A stretch of 61,686 bases of DNA, the filler included, from Deltaproteobacteria bacterium (lineage in GTDB: Bacteria; JAUYMQ01): NCBI GenBank assembly GCA_030698575.1. It is 14 parts of 14 records of this genome, joined end to end, with 100 filler letters (N's around TTAATTAATTAA, not from the genome) between each part and the next. Parts side by side here need not be neighbours in the genome. Positions count along the whole stretch, not along the records: positions 48,367 to 53,514 come from JAUYMQ010000186.1; positions 53,615 to 58,021 come from JAUYMQ010000507.1; positions 58,122 to 61,686 come from JAUYMQ010000513.1; 11 more parts are not named here. The stretch is one strand, 5' to 3'. The notes beneath the pieces are model-generated. The model searched no databases. It was not told the origin of the DNA and was given only the letters and a program-made list of their open reading frames with translations. Within the stretch, counting starts at the first letter, position 1; each line of letters opens with the position of its first letter. The translations under genes and the position numbers were made by a program. This document shows, piece after piece, positions 50,566-60,370 of this stretch.

Positions 50566-51030
50566 CTATGCGGCCGTCGGCGGCAACTCGACGATCTCGA
50601 GCCAGTAGCGGCCCAGCACGTTCATCGCCTCCACCAGCCCCGAGAACGTGACGGGCTTCCTAATGAAGGAGTTCACGCCCAGCTGGTAGCTGCGCACGAT
50701 GTCCTGGTCGAACCCTGACGTAGAGAGCACGACGACCGGAATGTCGCGCAACGTCTCGTCTCCCTTGATCACCTTCAGGGCCTCGCGCCCATCCATCTTC
50801 GGCATGTTGAGGTCCAGCAGGATCAATCCGGGACGCGGGGCCTTCCCGGTCTCCCCCGCGTACTCGCCGCGCTGGTAGAGGTAGTCGAGCAACTGGTCGC
50901 CATCCTCGACGAAGCGCACCGCGTTCGCGACGTGCGCGTCTTCCAGCGCCTGCTGGGTGAGCATCCGGTCGTCCGCATCGTCATCGCAGATGAGGATCGT
51001 GATGGGGATTTTGTTCTTGTCTCGGGTCAT
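50566..51030 (-). CDS. Single-domain response regulator (Rcp-like)
   Basis: ILICDDD, PGLILLDLNMPKMDG, GVNSFIRKP. Confidence 0.92.
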   Translation of the reverse strand: MTRDKNKIPITILICDDDADDRMLTQQALEDAHVANAVRFVEDGDQLLDYLYQRGEYAGETGKAPRPGLILLDLNMPKMDGREALKVIKGDETLRDIPVVVLSTSGFDQDIVRSYQLGVNSFIRKPVTFSGLVEAMNVLGRYWLEIVELPPTAA

Positions 51031-52208
51031 GACATGAATCCTTTAGCCGCCTGCGTGACCGGTAGGGTGACGGTGAACGTCGCCCCCTGGCCGGCAGTGC
51101 TCGTGGCGGCGATCGTGCCGCCGTGCCGCTCGACAATCTTGCGGCAAATGGCGAGGCCAATGCCGGAGCCTTCGTACTCCGCGCGGCCGTGGAGGCGCAC
51201 GAACATCCGGAAGATCTTGCCCGCGTGCTTCTCGCTGAACCCGATCCCGTTGTCCGTCACCGTGATGGTACAGTCCGCGCCGCCGGGGGGGGGGCTCGAG
51301 CAGCTGAGCCGGACCACGGGCGGCATGTCCTTCTGGCGGTATTTGAGCGCGTTGCCGAGCAGATTCTGCAGCAGCTGGCGCATCTGAAGCGCGTCGGCGT
51401 CGATCACGGGCAGCTCGCCCACCTCCACGCGGCCGCCGGACTCCGCGATGGACGTCTCGAGGTCGGCGATGACCTCCCGGGCCACCCGGGCGAGGTCGGT
51501 GCGGACGAACGGCTGGACGCGCGTGGTCACCTGCGAATACAGGAGCAGGTCGCTGATCAGGGTGCGCATGCGAGCGGCCGCGCTGAGCATGCGGGCGAGG
51601 TGCTCCCGCGCATTGCCTTCGAGCGCCGGCCCCGCGGACGTGTTCAGCAGGTCGCCGAACGACAGGATCTTGCGCACCGGCTCCTGCAAGTCATGGGACG
51701 CGACGGACGCGAACTCATCCAGCGCCGCGTTGGAGCGCTCGAGCTCCCGGTGCTGCTCCGCCAGGCGCCATTCCGTGAGGCGGCGAGCCGTGATGTCCTC
51801 GATCGCCAGCAGGATGATCCGCGGGAGGTTGGGTCCTTGCGACACGAGCCGGGCGTTGAGCAGCATGATCTTGCGGCCGATGCCGGGAAACTCGTGGTCG
51901 ACGTCGAAATCATTCAATTGCGGCTCGACCGCGAGCTTGTCGCGCAGCAGCTCGCGGAGGGGTGCAATGTCCCATTGGCCGTCGCCGAGCGTGAAGAGGA
52001 CCTCGCCGATCGTGTCCTGGGGCTCTACGCGAAAGGTGCGAAAGAAAGCCCGATTCGCCTGCGTGACCCGGAATGCGGCGTCCAGGACGATGAGGGGCTC
52101 CCGGACGGTGTCGATGATATCGAGCAGCAGCCGCTGGGCGGCGGGCACATCGCGCGCCGCCTCGTCGGGGGGGGGGAGGGTCATGGGCAACGACTCGGTG
52201 GCAGGCAC
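51027..52208 (-). CDS. PAS-domain sensor histidine kinase
   Basis: PAS (REPLIVLD..ANRAF), ASHDLQEP, QNLLGNALKY, DNGIG, GSGIGL. Confidence 0.92.
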   Translation of the reverse strand: MPATESLPMTLPPPDEAARDVPAAQRLLLDIIDTVREPLIVLDAAFRVTQANRAFFRTFRVEPQDTIGEVLFTLGDGQWDIAPLRELLRDKLAVEPQLNDFDVDHEFPGIGRKIMLLNARLVSQGPNLPRIILLAIEDITARRLTEWRLAEQHRELERSNAALDEFASVASHDLQEPVRKILSFGDLLNTSAGPALEGNAREHLARMLSAAARMRTLISDLLLYSQVTTRVQPFVRTDLARVAREVIADLETSIAESGGRVEVGELPVIDADALQMRQLLQNLLGNALKYRQKDMPPVVRLSCSSPPPGGADCTITVTDNGIGFSEKHAGKIFRMFVRLHGRAEYEGSGIGLAICRKIVERHGGTIAATSTAGQGATFTVTLPVTQAAKGFMS

Positions 52209-52314
52209 AGCAGTTTCTCCTCGCGCGATGAGCCTTCAGATGGAGGGTACCGTACCCAGGGGGCACGCGCTATCGCACAATCGTGCTAGAGGATTCCTGC
52301 TACCTTTGGTCGCC

Positions 52315-52962
52315 ATGCCTCCGAAAGACACGATCAGGGTTGCCATCATCGACGACAATCGCCTGGTGCGCGAAGCGCTCACGGCGATGCTCAATAGACT
52401 CACGGACATCCACGTCGTCTCCTCGGACGTCGCCGACTCGGCATCGCTCGCCGAGACGAAGCCGGACGTGCTGCTGCTCGACGTGGGGCTGCGGGACCAG
52501 GACAGCCTGCGCGTGGCCGCCACGCTCAGGCAGGAGAACCCGGACGCGAAGATCATCGTGATGGATCTCCTCCCGGTGAACGAGGAAATCATGGAGTATG
52601 TGAACGCGGGGGTGTGCGGGTTCGTCCTCAAGGATGCCACCTTCGAGGAGTTCATCGCGACGATCCGGTCGGTCGCTACGGGCACGAAGGTCTTGCCGCC
52701 CCGCATGACGGAATCGCTCTTTTCCCAGATCGCGAAGGAGGTGGACGGCCAAGAGCCCGCGCACGTCCTCGAAGACGTGCGCATGACGCCGCGCGAGCGT
52801 GAGGTGATCGACCTGATTGGCGAGGGGCTGAGCAACAAGGAGATCGCCCAGCGTCTCAACATCGCGACCCATACCGTCAAGAGTCACGTGCGGAACGTCA
52901 TGGAGAAGCTGGCGTTGCACACGCGGCTGCAGATCGCCGCGTATTCCCACCGCGAGGGGTAG
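52315..52962 (+). CDS. NarL/LuxR-family response regulator
   Basis: IIDDN, PDVLLLD, MTPREREV..GLSNKEIAQRL...TVKSHV. Confidence 0.92.
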   Translation: MPPKDTIRVAIIDDNRLVREALTAMLNRLTDIHVVSSDVADSASLAETKPDVLLLDVGLRDQDSLRVAATLRQENPDAKIIVMDLLPVNEEIMEYVNAGVCGFVLKDATFEEFIATIRSVATGTKVLPPRMTESLFSQIAKEVDGQEPAHVLEDVRMTPREREVIDLIGEGLSNKEIAQRLNIATHTVKSHVRNVMEKLALHTRLQIAAYSHREG

Positions 52963-53080
52963 CTCAACCAGCGTACTCACTGTTTCACCCGTTCGTGCGA
53001 TGTGGGTTCACGGCGATTAGGCCTATGCTCCGTGCAGTGATTCGTTGTCCACTGTACTTCAACCCACGGAGCTCCACTCC

Positions 53081-53514
53081 ATGTTCGCATGCAATCGTCC
53101 TATCATGCAGCTCGCAGTCTTGATCGCCTTGGGGTCGCTGTCGGCGGCCTGCAGCGACTCCCCGTCCGGCGTGACCGGGCCCTCGTTCGAGGGCGTATCG
53201 GTCGAGGCGTCGAATTTCGCAGTGCTCGCCAACGCAGGCGTCACCTGCACCGACGGCACCATCATCGGCGACGTGGGCACGTTCAGCGCCACTGGCGCGA
53301 TCACCCGCACCACTTGCCCCATCACGGGGACGTTGCACGTGGGGGACGGCGTCGCCACACAGGCCTACAATGACTTCCTCAACACCTACGCCGTGCTCGC
53401 CCCCCAGGCGGGGGACGTCTGCACGACGTTGACGGGCACCCTCGCCGGCGTGATTCTGGCGCCCGGTGTCTACTGCTTCGATGCGGCGGCGACGTTGACG
53501 GGCGTGTTGACGCT
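53081..53514 (+). CDS. Ice-binding-like (DUF3494) lipoprotein, truncated
   Basis: LSAAC lipobox, FAVLA..GVT, IIGDVG, AYND, LAG.ILAPGVYCF.AAATLTG.LT. Confidence 0.82.
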
Positions 53515-53614
53515 NNNNNNNNNNNNNNNNNNNNNNNNNNNNNNNNNNNNNNNNNNNNTTAATTAATTAANNNNNNNNNNNNNNNNNNNNNNNNNNNNNN
53601 NNNNNNNNNNNNNN

Positions 53615-53854
53615 GTCGTGGGCGTAGTGAATGTCGCGGGGCGCCAGCCGCTCGATCGCGTCGGTGAGATCGCGGACCACGCCGTCCTCGAACTCGATCG
53701 TGGTGAGCGCCGCGGTGCTGCCCGAGACGAAGATCGTCACGGTTCCCGAAGCCACGCCCGACCGCCGCACCCCCTCCGCGACCTCCTCGGTCACGTCGTG
53801 GACCTCGCTTTCCCCCTGCGTCGAAAGCTTGAAAGTCTTGGTTACGACTGCCAT
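53615..53854 (-). CDS. yjbQ: YjbQ/UPF0047 protein, N-terminal part
   Basis: DVTEEV, SG.VTIFVSGSTAALTTIE, Y.HD. Confidence 0.88.
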
Positions 53855-53917
53855 GAAAGCGCCCGTTTTTGAAAGAGATTTTCGACGCTCACCGTCCGAC
53901 ATCGCAGCCCCTGGAGC

Positions 53918-54823
53918 CTAGAACTTGGGCGCGGGCCAGCGCTTCTCGATCTCGAGGGTGAGGGCGCCGGCCACGAAGACGGACGAGTAGGTCCCCGCGA
54001 TCACGCCGACGGAGAGCGTCAGCGCGAAGTCGCGCAGCACCGGCCCTCCGAAAAGGAGCAGCGAGACGGCGACGACCAGCAGCGCGCCGGAGGTCAGGAT
54101 GGTGCGGCCCAGGATCTCGTTGAGCGACACATTGATGAGCGTCGCGAAGTCCGGGCGCCGACGCCGGCGGAGGTTCTCGCGAATCCGATCGTAGACGACC
54201 ACGGTGTCGTTGGTGCTGAAACCGATGAGGGCGAGAAGCGCGGCCAGAACCGGAAGGGTGAACTCGATGCCCAGCAGGGTCACCACGCCCGTCGCCACCA
54301 GCACGTCGTGAATGAGGGCGAGAACGGCGCCCGGCGCGAAGCGCCAGCTGAAGCGCATCGAGAGGTAGATCATGATTCCCGCGAGCGCGACGAGCAGCGC
54401 AATGATCGCCCGCTCGAGAAGATCGCTTCCAACGCGCGCGCCCACCGACTCGAAGCGGCGCACCTGGATGTCGCCCTGCCCGCTCAGCGCCGCCTGAAGA
54501 CTCGAGACAACCCGCGCCTCCTCAGCCTCCCCCGTCCCCCGGATGAGGTAGTTGCCTTCTTCCGGGTCGCCGAGGCGCTGTATCTCAACCCCCTGCAGAA
54601 GCTCCGTCCCGCTTCCGGCAAGCGACGCGCGGAAATCGCGGACCTCCACGGGCTTGCCGAAACCCAGCTCGCACTCCCAGCCTCCCCGGAACTCGACCCC
54701 CAGCCGCAAGCCGGGCTTCACCATCACGACCAGCGCGACGGTGACGAGGGCCAGCGAGATGAAGTAGGTCACGCGCCGCTTCCCGATAAAATCGTATCGC
54801 GTGCCTGGCTTCACGATCTCCAC
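53918..54823 (-). CDS. secF: Protein translocase subunit SecF
   Basis: GL.LGVEFRGG, ALIHDV, IGFS.NDTVVVYDRIREN, GTYSSVFVA. Confidence 0.95.
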   Translation of the reverse strand: MEIVKPGTRYDFIGKRRVTYFISLALVTVALVVMVKPGLRLGVEFRGGWECELGFGKPVEVRDFRASLAGSGTELLQGVEIQRLGDPEEGNYLIRGTGEAEEARVVSSLQAALSGQGDIQVRRFESVGARVGSDLLERAIIALLVALAGIMIYLSMRFSWRFAPGAVLALIHDVLVATGVVTLLGIEFTLPVLAALLALIGFSTNDTVVVYDRIRENLRRRRRPDFATLINVSLNEILGRTILTSGALLVVAVSLLLFGGPVLRDFALTLSVGVIAGTYSSVFVAGALTLEIEKRWPAPKF

Positions 54824-54834
54824 GAACGACCCTC

Positions 54835-56556
54835 CTATATCGACACTTCGCGGTTGCCCCGCGGCCCGATGGCAAGGGAGAAGAGCAGGCGGGTGAATAC
54901 GAGCGAAGTGAAAACCGTTCCGACGATGCCAAGGCTCAGCGTCACGGCGAACCCCCGCACCGGCCCGACGCCGTAGTAGTAGAGGATCAGCGCGGCAATG
55001 AGCGTCGTCGCGTTTGCGTCGACGATCGTCTGGAAGGCCCGATCGAAGCCGGCGTCGACGGCGGCCCGGAAGGTCTTGCCGATGCGGATCTCCTCGCGGA
55101 TTCGCTCAAAGATCAGCACGTTCGCGTCGACGGCCATGCCTACGGTGAGCGCGATGCCGGCGATGCCTGGCAGGGTCAGCGTCGCGTCGAAGGCCGCGAG
55201 CGCGGCCAGCACCAGGGCCATGTTGAGAAGCACCGCCAGGTCGGCGAACAGCCCCGAGGTTCGGTAGTAGACCGCCATGAAGGCCATCACGACGACGAGG
55301 CCCACCAGGGTCGCCACGAGGCCGCTCCGCACGCTGTCCCGCCCCAGGTTGGGCCCGACGGAGCGCTGGGCGACCTGGGCCACGGAGGCCCGCAGGGCGC
55401 CGGTCCGGAGCATGATGGCGAGATCGCGGGCCTCGCGGTCGCCCATGAGCCCGGCGATCTGGGCCCGGCCGCCCGCGATGCGCTGCCCGATGACGGGCGC
55501 CGACTTGACCGAACCGTCGACGATGATCGCCATCCGCTTGTCCTTGAGGCGTTCGGTGGTCTCCGCGAAACGCGCCGCCGCCGCCTCGTCGAACTCGAAC
55601 ACCACGACCGGCACTCCCGTGGTCGGCGCGAAGCGCACGCGGGCGTTCACGACGCCCTCGCCGGTCATGAGGATCGGCGCCTTCACGAGGTAGGTGCGGA
55701 ACGCCGCCTGCTCCGCCCCCTGCCCCGGCTCTTCGCCGAGCAGGATCTCGTGCGTGCCGGGGAGCTTTCCGTGGACGTACTTCCGCAGGATCCCCGGCTT
55801 GGGCGCCACGAGGTAAGGGGATGTCAGCGGCTTCTTCTCCTTGTCGGAGAATTTGATCTCGTCGTTCTTGAGCACGATGCCGGTGGGAAGATTCGCGAGG
55901 AGCGGCTTCATCAGCTCGGATCGATCGTCGATTTCCTTGAACTCCAGCCGCGCGGTTGTCCCGATGAGGCGCTCCACCTCCTCGGGATGCCGCACGCCGG
56001 GAAGCTGCAGCACGATTCGTGCCTCGCCCTGCCTCTGCACGCTGGGCTCGGTGACACCGTACTGATCGATGCGGCTCCGGAGGGTCGCGAGCGCCTGTTC
56101 GACGGCGCCTTCGCGGAGCTTCGCCAGCTCGTCCGGCCGGATCTGGGACATGAGTGCGGTGCCGTCGCCCGGCGCCGGCGTGACAGGGCCGAACGCACCC
56201 GGCAGCGCCTCACCGAGCGCGCGCCGCGCCGTCTCGGCGTCGGCCCCGGCCGGGAGGACGACGCGTAGGCTGCTGTTCCCCACGCGGGCCACCCGCGCGC
56301 CCTCGATGCCAGCGCGCGCGAGCCCCCTTCTTGCCACCTGGATGGCCTGATCGACATAGGTTTCGACCGCCTCGTCGACCTTGACCTCGAGGGTCAGGTA
56401 GAGCCCGCCCTGCAGATCGAGCCCCAGGCGGATGCGAGAGGTCGGAAAGATGTCCTCCCACCAGTCAGGGAGGTTCACGAAGGTGGGAAGGATGTAGAGG
56501 ACGGCAAGGAGAAGCGCAGCCGCCACGCCCAGCACGCGTCCGCGGACATTACGCAT
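54835..56556 (-). CDS. secD: Protein translocase subunit SecD
   Basis: LGLDLQGG, RIDQYGVTEP, TLTLPGIAG, GMAVDANVLIFERIREE. Confidence 0.96.
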   Translation of the reverse strand: MRNVRGRVLGVAAALLLAVLYILPTFVNLPDWWEDIFPTSRIRLGLDLQGGLYLTLEVKVDEAVETYVDQAIQVARRGLARAGIEGARVARVGNSSLRVVLPAGADAETARRALGEALPGAFGPVTPAPGDGTALMSQIRPDELAKLREGAVEQALATLRSRIDQYGVTEPSVQRQGEARIVLQLPGVRHPEEVERLIGTTARLEFKEIDDRSELMKPLLANLPTGIVLKNDEIKFSDKEKKPLTSPYLVAPKPGILRKYVHGKLPGTHEILLGEEPGQGAEQAAFRTYLVKAPILMTGEGVVNARVRFAPTTGVPVVVFEFDEAAAARFAETTERLKDKRMAIIVDGSVKSAPVIGQRIAGGRAQIAGLMGDREARDLAIMLRTGALRASVAQVAQRSVGPNLGRDSVRSGLVATLVGLVVVMAFMAVYYRTSGLFADLAVLLNMALVLAALAAFDATLTLPGIAGIALTVGMAVDANVLIFERIREEIRIGKTFRAAVDAGFDRAFQTIVDANATTLIAALILYYYGVGPVRGFAVTLSLGIVGTVFTSLVFTRLLFSLAIGPRGNREVSI

Positions 56557-56607
56557 CGGGGCCCCACTGACGGGATAGGACTGCGGCCGGATCGCGGCCG
56601 GTGGCGG

Positions 56608-57066
56608 TCATTCCTCGGTGCTCTTCTCCTGGCGCCCGATTTGATCGCGGTCGTACCGCAACCGGATCTTCTGTCCGCCCAGATCGGCGACCTCGAGCGT
56701 CACGACCTTGTCCGTGATCGCGATGATCTTGCCGTGAAGGCCGCCCGACGTGACGATCTCATCCCCCTTCTTGAGGGCCTTGAGCATCTCCTGGCGACTT
56801 TTGGCCTGCCTCTGCTGTGGCCTCACGAGAAGGAAGTAGAAGATGCCGAAGGTCAGGAGGAGCGGGAGGAGCAGCCCGAAGACGTTGCTTCCGCCCGCCT
56901 GCCCCTCCTGTCCCGCTGTAGGCATCTGGGCGCAGGCAGGCAGGAGCGTGGCGACGAGAACTGCTGTGAACAGAGCGATGATGGTGACGTGACGCTGGCT
57001 TTTCACCCCCGCCCCCCTAAGGGACGACCCGTCCTGGGACGGGTCATCCTCGAAGCGGGCCCCCAC
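56608..57066 (-). CDS. yajC: Preprotein translocase subunit YajC (true start probably downstream)
   Basis: IFYFLLVRPQQR, LKKGDEIVTSGGLHGKI. Confidence 0.92.
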   Translation of the reverse strand: MGARFEDDPSQDGSSLRGAGVKSQRHVTIIALFTAVLVATLLPACAQMPTAGQEGQAGGSNVFGLLLPLLLTFGIFYFLLVRPQQRQAKSRQEMLKALKKGDEIVTSGGLHGKIIAITDKVVTLEVADLGGQKIRLRYDRDQIGRQEKSTEE

Positions 57067-57088
57067 CGGTGAACAGGCGCGGGCCAGA

Positions 57089-58021
57089 TCAGGTCCCGAT
57101 ATTCCAGGACTCGAGGTACTTCTTCTGCTCGGCGGTCAGCTCGTCGATCGAGGTGTGCATCGACTCGAGCTTGAGCTTGGCCACCCAGGCATCGATCTCT
57201 TCCGGGATGCCGAGGACTTTCACCTCAAGCTTCCCCTTGTTCTTGACGGCGTACTCCGAGGCGAGCGCCTGTCCCGCGAAGCTCATGTCCATGACGCTCG
57301 CCGGGTGTCCCTCGGCGGCTGCGAGGTTGATGAGCCGCCCGTCGGCCAGCACGAAGATGACGCGCCCGTCCTGCATCACGTAGCCGTCCACCGAGGGGCG
57401 CAGCCCGGTCCGCTTCTCCTTCGAGATCTTGGCGAGGTTCTCCAGATCGATCTCGACGTTGAAGTGACCCGAGTTCGCGAGGATCGCGCCGTGCTTCATG
57501 ACCTCGAAATGCTCCTTCCGGAGCACGTGGATGTCGCCCGTCACCGTGATGAAGAGGTCGCCGAGGGGCGCCGCCTCCATCATGGGCATGACGCGGAAGC
57601 CGTCCATGAGCGCCTCGAGCGCCTTGATCGGATCGATCTCGGTCACGATGACGTTGGAGCCCATTCCACGGGCCCGGCTCGAGACGCCGCGGCCGCACCA
57701 GCCGTAACCGGCCACCACAACGGTCTTCCCGGCAAGCAGGATGTCGCTCGCGCGAATGATGCCGTCGAGGGTCGACTGCCCCGTGCCGTACCGGTTGTCG
57801 AACATGTGCTTCGTCTGGGCGTCGTTCACGGCGATGACGGGGAACTTCAGGATCCCGTCGCGCTCCATGGCCTTCAGCCGAATGACGCCGGTGGTGGTTT
57901 CCTCCAAGCTGGCGATGATCTGGCCGTGGAGGTTCTTGTGATCGGAGAGAATGGCGCTCACGAGATCGGCGCCGTCGTCCATGGTGATCTGCGGAGCGTG
58001 CTCAATCGCGGCGAGAATGTG
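57089..58021 (-). CDS. ahcY: S-adenosylhomocysteine hydrolase (5' truncated)
   Basis: [44 protein letters not shown]. Confidence 0.96.
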   Translation of the reverse strand, partial: HILAAIEHAPQITMDDGADLVSAILSDHKNLHGQIIASLEETTTGVIRLKAMERDGILKFPVIAVNDAQTKHMFDNRYGTGQSTLDGIIRASDILLAGKTVVVAGYGWCGRGVSSRARGMGSNVIVTEIDPIKALEALMDGFRVMPMMEAAPLGDLFITVTGDIHVLRKEHFEVMKHGAILANSGHFNVEIDLENLAKISKEKRTGLRPSVDGYVMQDGRVIFVLADGRLINLAAAEGHPASVMDMSFAGQALASEYAVKNKGKLEVKVLGIPEEIDAWVAKLKLESMHTSIDELTAEQKKYLESWNIGT

Positions 58022-58358
58022 NNNNNNNNNNNNNNNNNNNNNNNNNNNNNNNNNNNNNNNNNNNNTTAATTAATTAANNNNNNNNNNNNNNNNNNNNNNN
58101 NNNNNNNNNNNNNNNNNNNNNATCGTGGCGGAGCTCCGCCGCGACCGCTGTCGGGTGCCCGTGACCAATTAGCCTGGCTGTCATCGCCTGGGGCTCGCGA
58201 TCCGCCGGAAGTGCTATGCTTTACTTTGTGAGGTCGGGCCGGCCAGTCCGTAGGGGAGTCTCGCTACTCGCTTCTCCTGCGGCCACGCCTGCGAGTTGCT
58301 CTGGACACGCGCGGAGCGGGTAAGTGGGGGCAAGAAAGCGCCTTGTCGGATGCGGCGA

Positions 58359-58850
58359 ATGACGTTGCAGGAATTCACAGAGAAGCACCCCGCCAGGCCA
58401 CCGCTCCGACCAGCGACCAATGCTGACGAGTTGCGGCAGCTCGGTCCCGCCGATGGAGTGTTGCTTCTCGTTGGAACTCCCGCCGCGGGTCAGACTGGTC
58501 CGCCAGACGATGCCCAGAGTCGGCATCTTTGGGTCTTCAGGAAGGCGCAACAACCAGATCTTCCCTATGTCCTCGAACTTGCTCCGAACGCTGCGCCGAG
58601 GTTGGCCTCGGGCGTGGCCAAACACACGAATCTCACGGGCGGCGGTCACGCCTCGTGTGGCGGCGAACTGTGGGTCGATGTTTCCAATGCCGATCGCCTG
58701 TACGTGAATGGTTGTTCGGGCCGCTACGGGCCAACGTCCCGCGAGGAACTCGATGACGCAGCGCAGGTGTTTCGCGAGCTTGGTTTTGAGGTCGTGAACT
58801 ACGGCTGGGACGATGAAACGCAGAAACCCTTTTGCCAGTACTACCGATGA
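58359..58850 (+). CDS. Hypothetical toxin-like protein (start 58350 or 58359)
   Basis: HLWV, KHTNLTGG..A..GGELW, YVNGCSGRYGP; stop overlaps next start (ATGA). Confidence 0.7.
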   Translation: MTLQEFTEKHPARPPLRPATNADELRQLGPADGVLLLVGTPAAGQTGPPDDAQSRHLWVFRKAQQPDLPYVLELAPNAAPRLASGVAKHTNLTGGGHASCGGELWVDVSNADRLYVNGCSGRYGPTSREELDDAAQVFRELGFEVVNYGWDDETQKPFCQYYR

Positions 58851-60292
58851 CCGAACACAGTGACCGCCTGATCGAAATCGCATTCGGTAGTCGCGCGGCC
58901 AATGCTGAGGCTGCCGCGCAAGCGTCTGGGCGTGTCTACGTTCGCGGCCTGGGCCAACTCGCGGAGGATCACCCGAAGGCTACGGGAAGGCGGCTCACGG
59001 CACTGGAAGCTCTCCGGACCTATGGTATCGAGGTCCTAGCGGAGGTCGGTGCAGAAGGATATGCCAAACTTGCGCGTGCTGCGGAGGTCGCTGGTCGCGT
59101 TCTGAAACTTCGCCGCGAACAGCTCGGTCTTGATCGGCGCCACGTGGCTCTGCGAGCGGGTCTCCCGGAAGACGTCGTACGTGCCGCAGAAGAATCCCGA
59201 AAGCTGTCGATCCGAAGCTATGAGCGTGTCGCGCGAGCTCTGGGCCTCGACGAGCGCTATGTGTCCGTTCGACCCGAACCCGAGGGCAACGAGAGGATTG
59301 CTGTCCGTCTACGAACTATTGGTGAGGCAGACCCACGGCTGGGAGCCGGTACGGTATCGGCGCTCGCTGAAGCTGCATGGGTTGCGATGACTCAGATTCG
59401 GCTCGAAGAAGAACTTGGTCTCGTTCCGCCTCGTACGGGTATCGAGCATAGCAACAACTACGGCACCCCGGGCTTCCCAGCGTACCAATGGGGTTACCAG
59501 CTTGCCGCAGACGCGAGAAGCAAGCTCGGCCTCGGAGCTGGCCCAATCCTCTCAATGCGATCTCTGGCAGAGGAGAGGCTCGGCCTTCCAGTCATTCAGG
59601 CTGAACTGGGGGAGGCCATAGCAGGCGTAACGATCGAAACGGTGTCGCGCCGGGCGATTGTCATAAACCTCTCAGGAGAGAACCGGCACGTCTTCGTACG
59701 ACGCGCTACGGTAGCGCACGAGCTGGGGCACTTGCTCTACGACCCGCAGCGGAGCCTAAGGGACCTTCGCGTTGACGCGTATGGCGACCTTGATAAGCCG
59801 GCGGAGGAACTTCCGGACCCAGTTGAGCAGCGCGCGAATGCATTCGCGGCGGACTTTCTGGTGCCGCAGAGTGAGGCGGTGACCGTCTTCCGATCGGCTA
59901 AGACGGACGGGCTTGGCGAGGTGATGTACCGATTCGGTGTGAGCTTCACGGCGGCACGATATCAGATTTGGAATGGTATTGACCGGAAGGGTCGGCTCGA
60001 AGACCTACGCACCGAACGGCGCGCCTTTCCGGCGGAGTGGGAGGGACGAGAAACGTACACGGTCGACTACCATCCCATTCCCAAGCTTCGACCTACCCGT
60101 GCCGGACGCTTCGGCGCCGTCGCGGCCCGTGCGGCAGAGGAAGGGCTTATCTCGTGGGATACAGCTGGCGAGTGGCTTGAAGTGAGTGCGGACGAAGTGC
60201 GACGTGTCGTGCCTCAGCTGCGCGAGTTGTTCCCTGCGGTGTGGAGCGCTTCTGGGCGCCAGACGCGATTCTCCGGGCTCGAAATTCCATAG
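58847..60292 (+). CDS. XRE-HTH + ImmA/IrrE (M78/DUF955) metallopeptidase
   Basis: LRREQLGL....VA..AGL HTH; RRATVAHELGH, EQRANAFAADFLVP; C-terminal IS...AGEWL. Confidence 0.88.
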   Translation: MTEHSDRLIEIAFGSRAANAEAAAQASGRVYVRGLGQLAEDHPKATGRRLTALEALRTYGIEVLAEVGAEGYAKLARAAEVAGRVLKLRREQLGLDRRHVALRAGLPEDVVRAAEESRKLSIRSYERVARALGLDERYVSVRPEPEGNERIAVRLRTIGEADPRLGAGTVSALAEAAWVAMTQIRLEEELGLVPPRTGIEHSNNYGTPGFPAYQWGYQLAADARSKLGLGAGPILSMRSLAEERLGLPVIQAELGEAIAGVTIETVSRRAIVINLSGENRHVFVRRATVAHELGHLLYDPQRSLRDLRVDAYGDLDKPAEELPDPVEQRANAFAADFLVPQSEAVTVFRSAKTDGLGEVMYRFGVSFTAARYQIWNGIDRKGRLEDLRTERRAFPAEWEGRETYTVDYHPIPKLRPTRAGRFGAVAARAAEEGLISWDTAGEWLEVSADEVRRVVPQLRELFPAVWSASGRQTRFSGLEIP

Positions 60293-60370
60293 AAGGCGCC
60301 TGCGGTGGGGGCGGTTTTCGCCTCTTGCCGTCGCAGTCGAAGACGGGCCGGGGATGGTGGCACCATGGCG

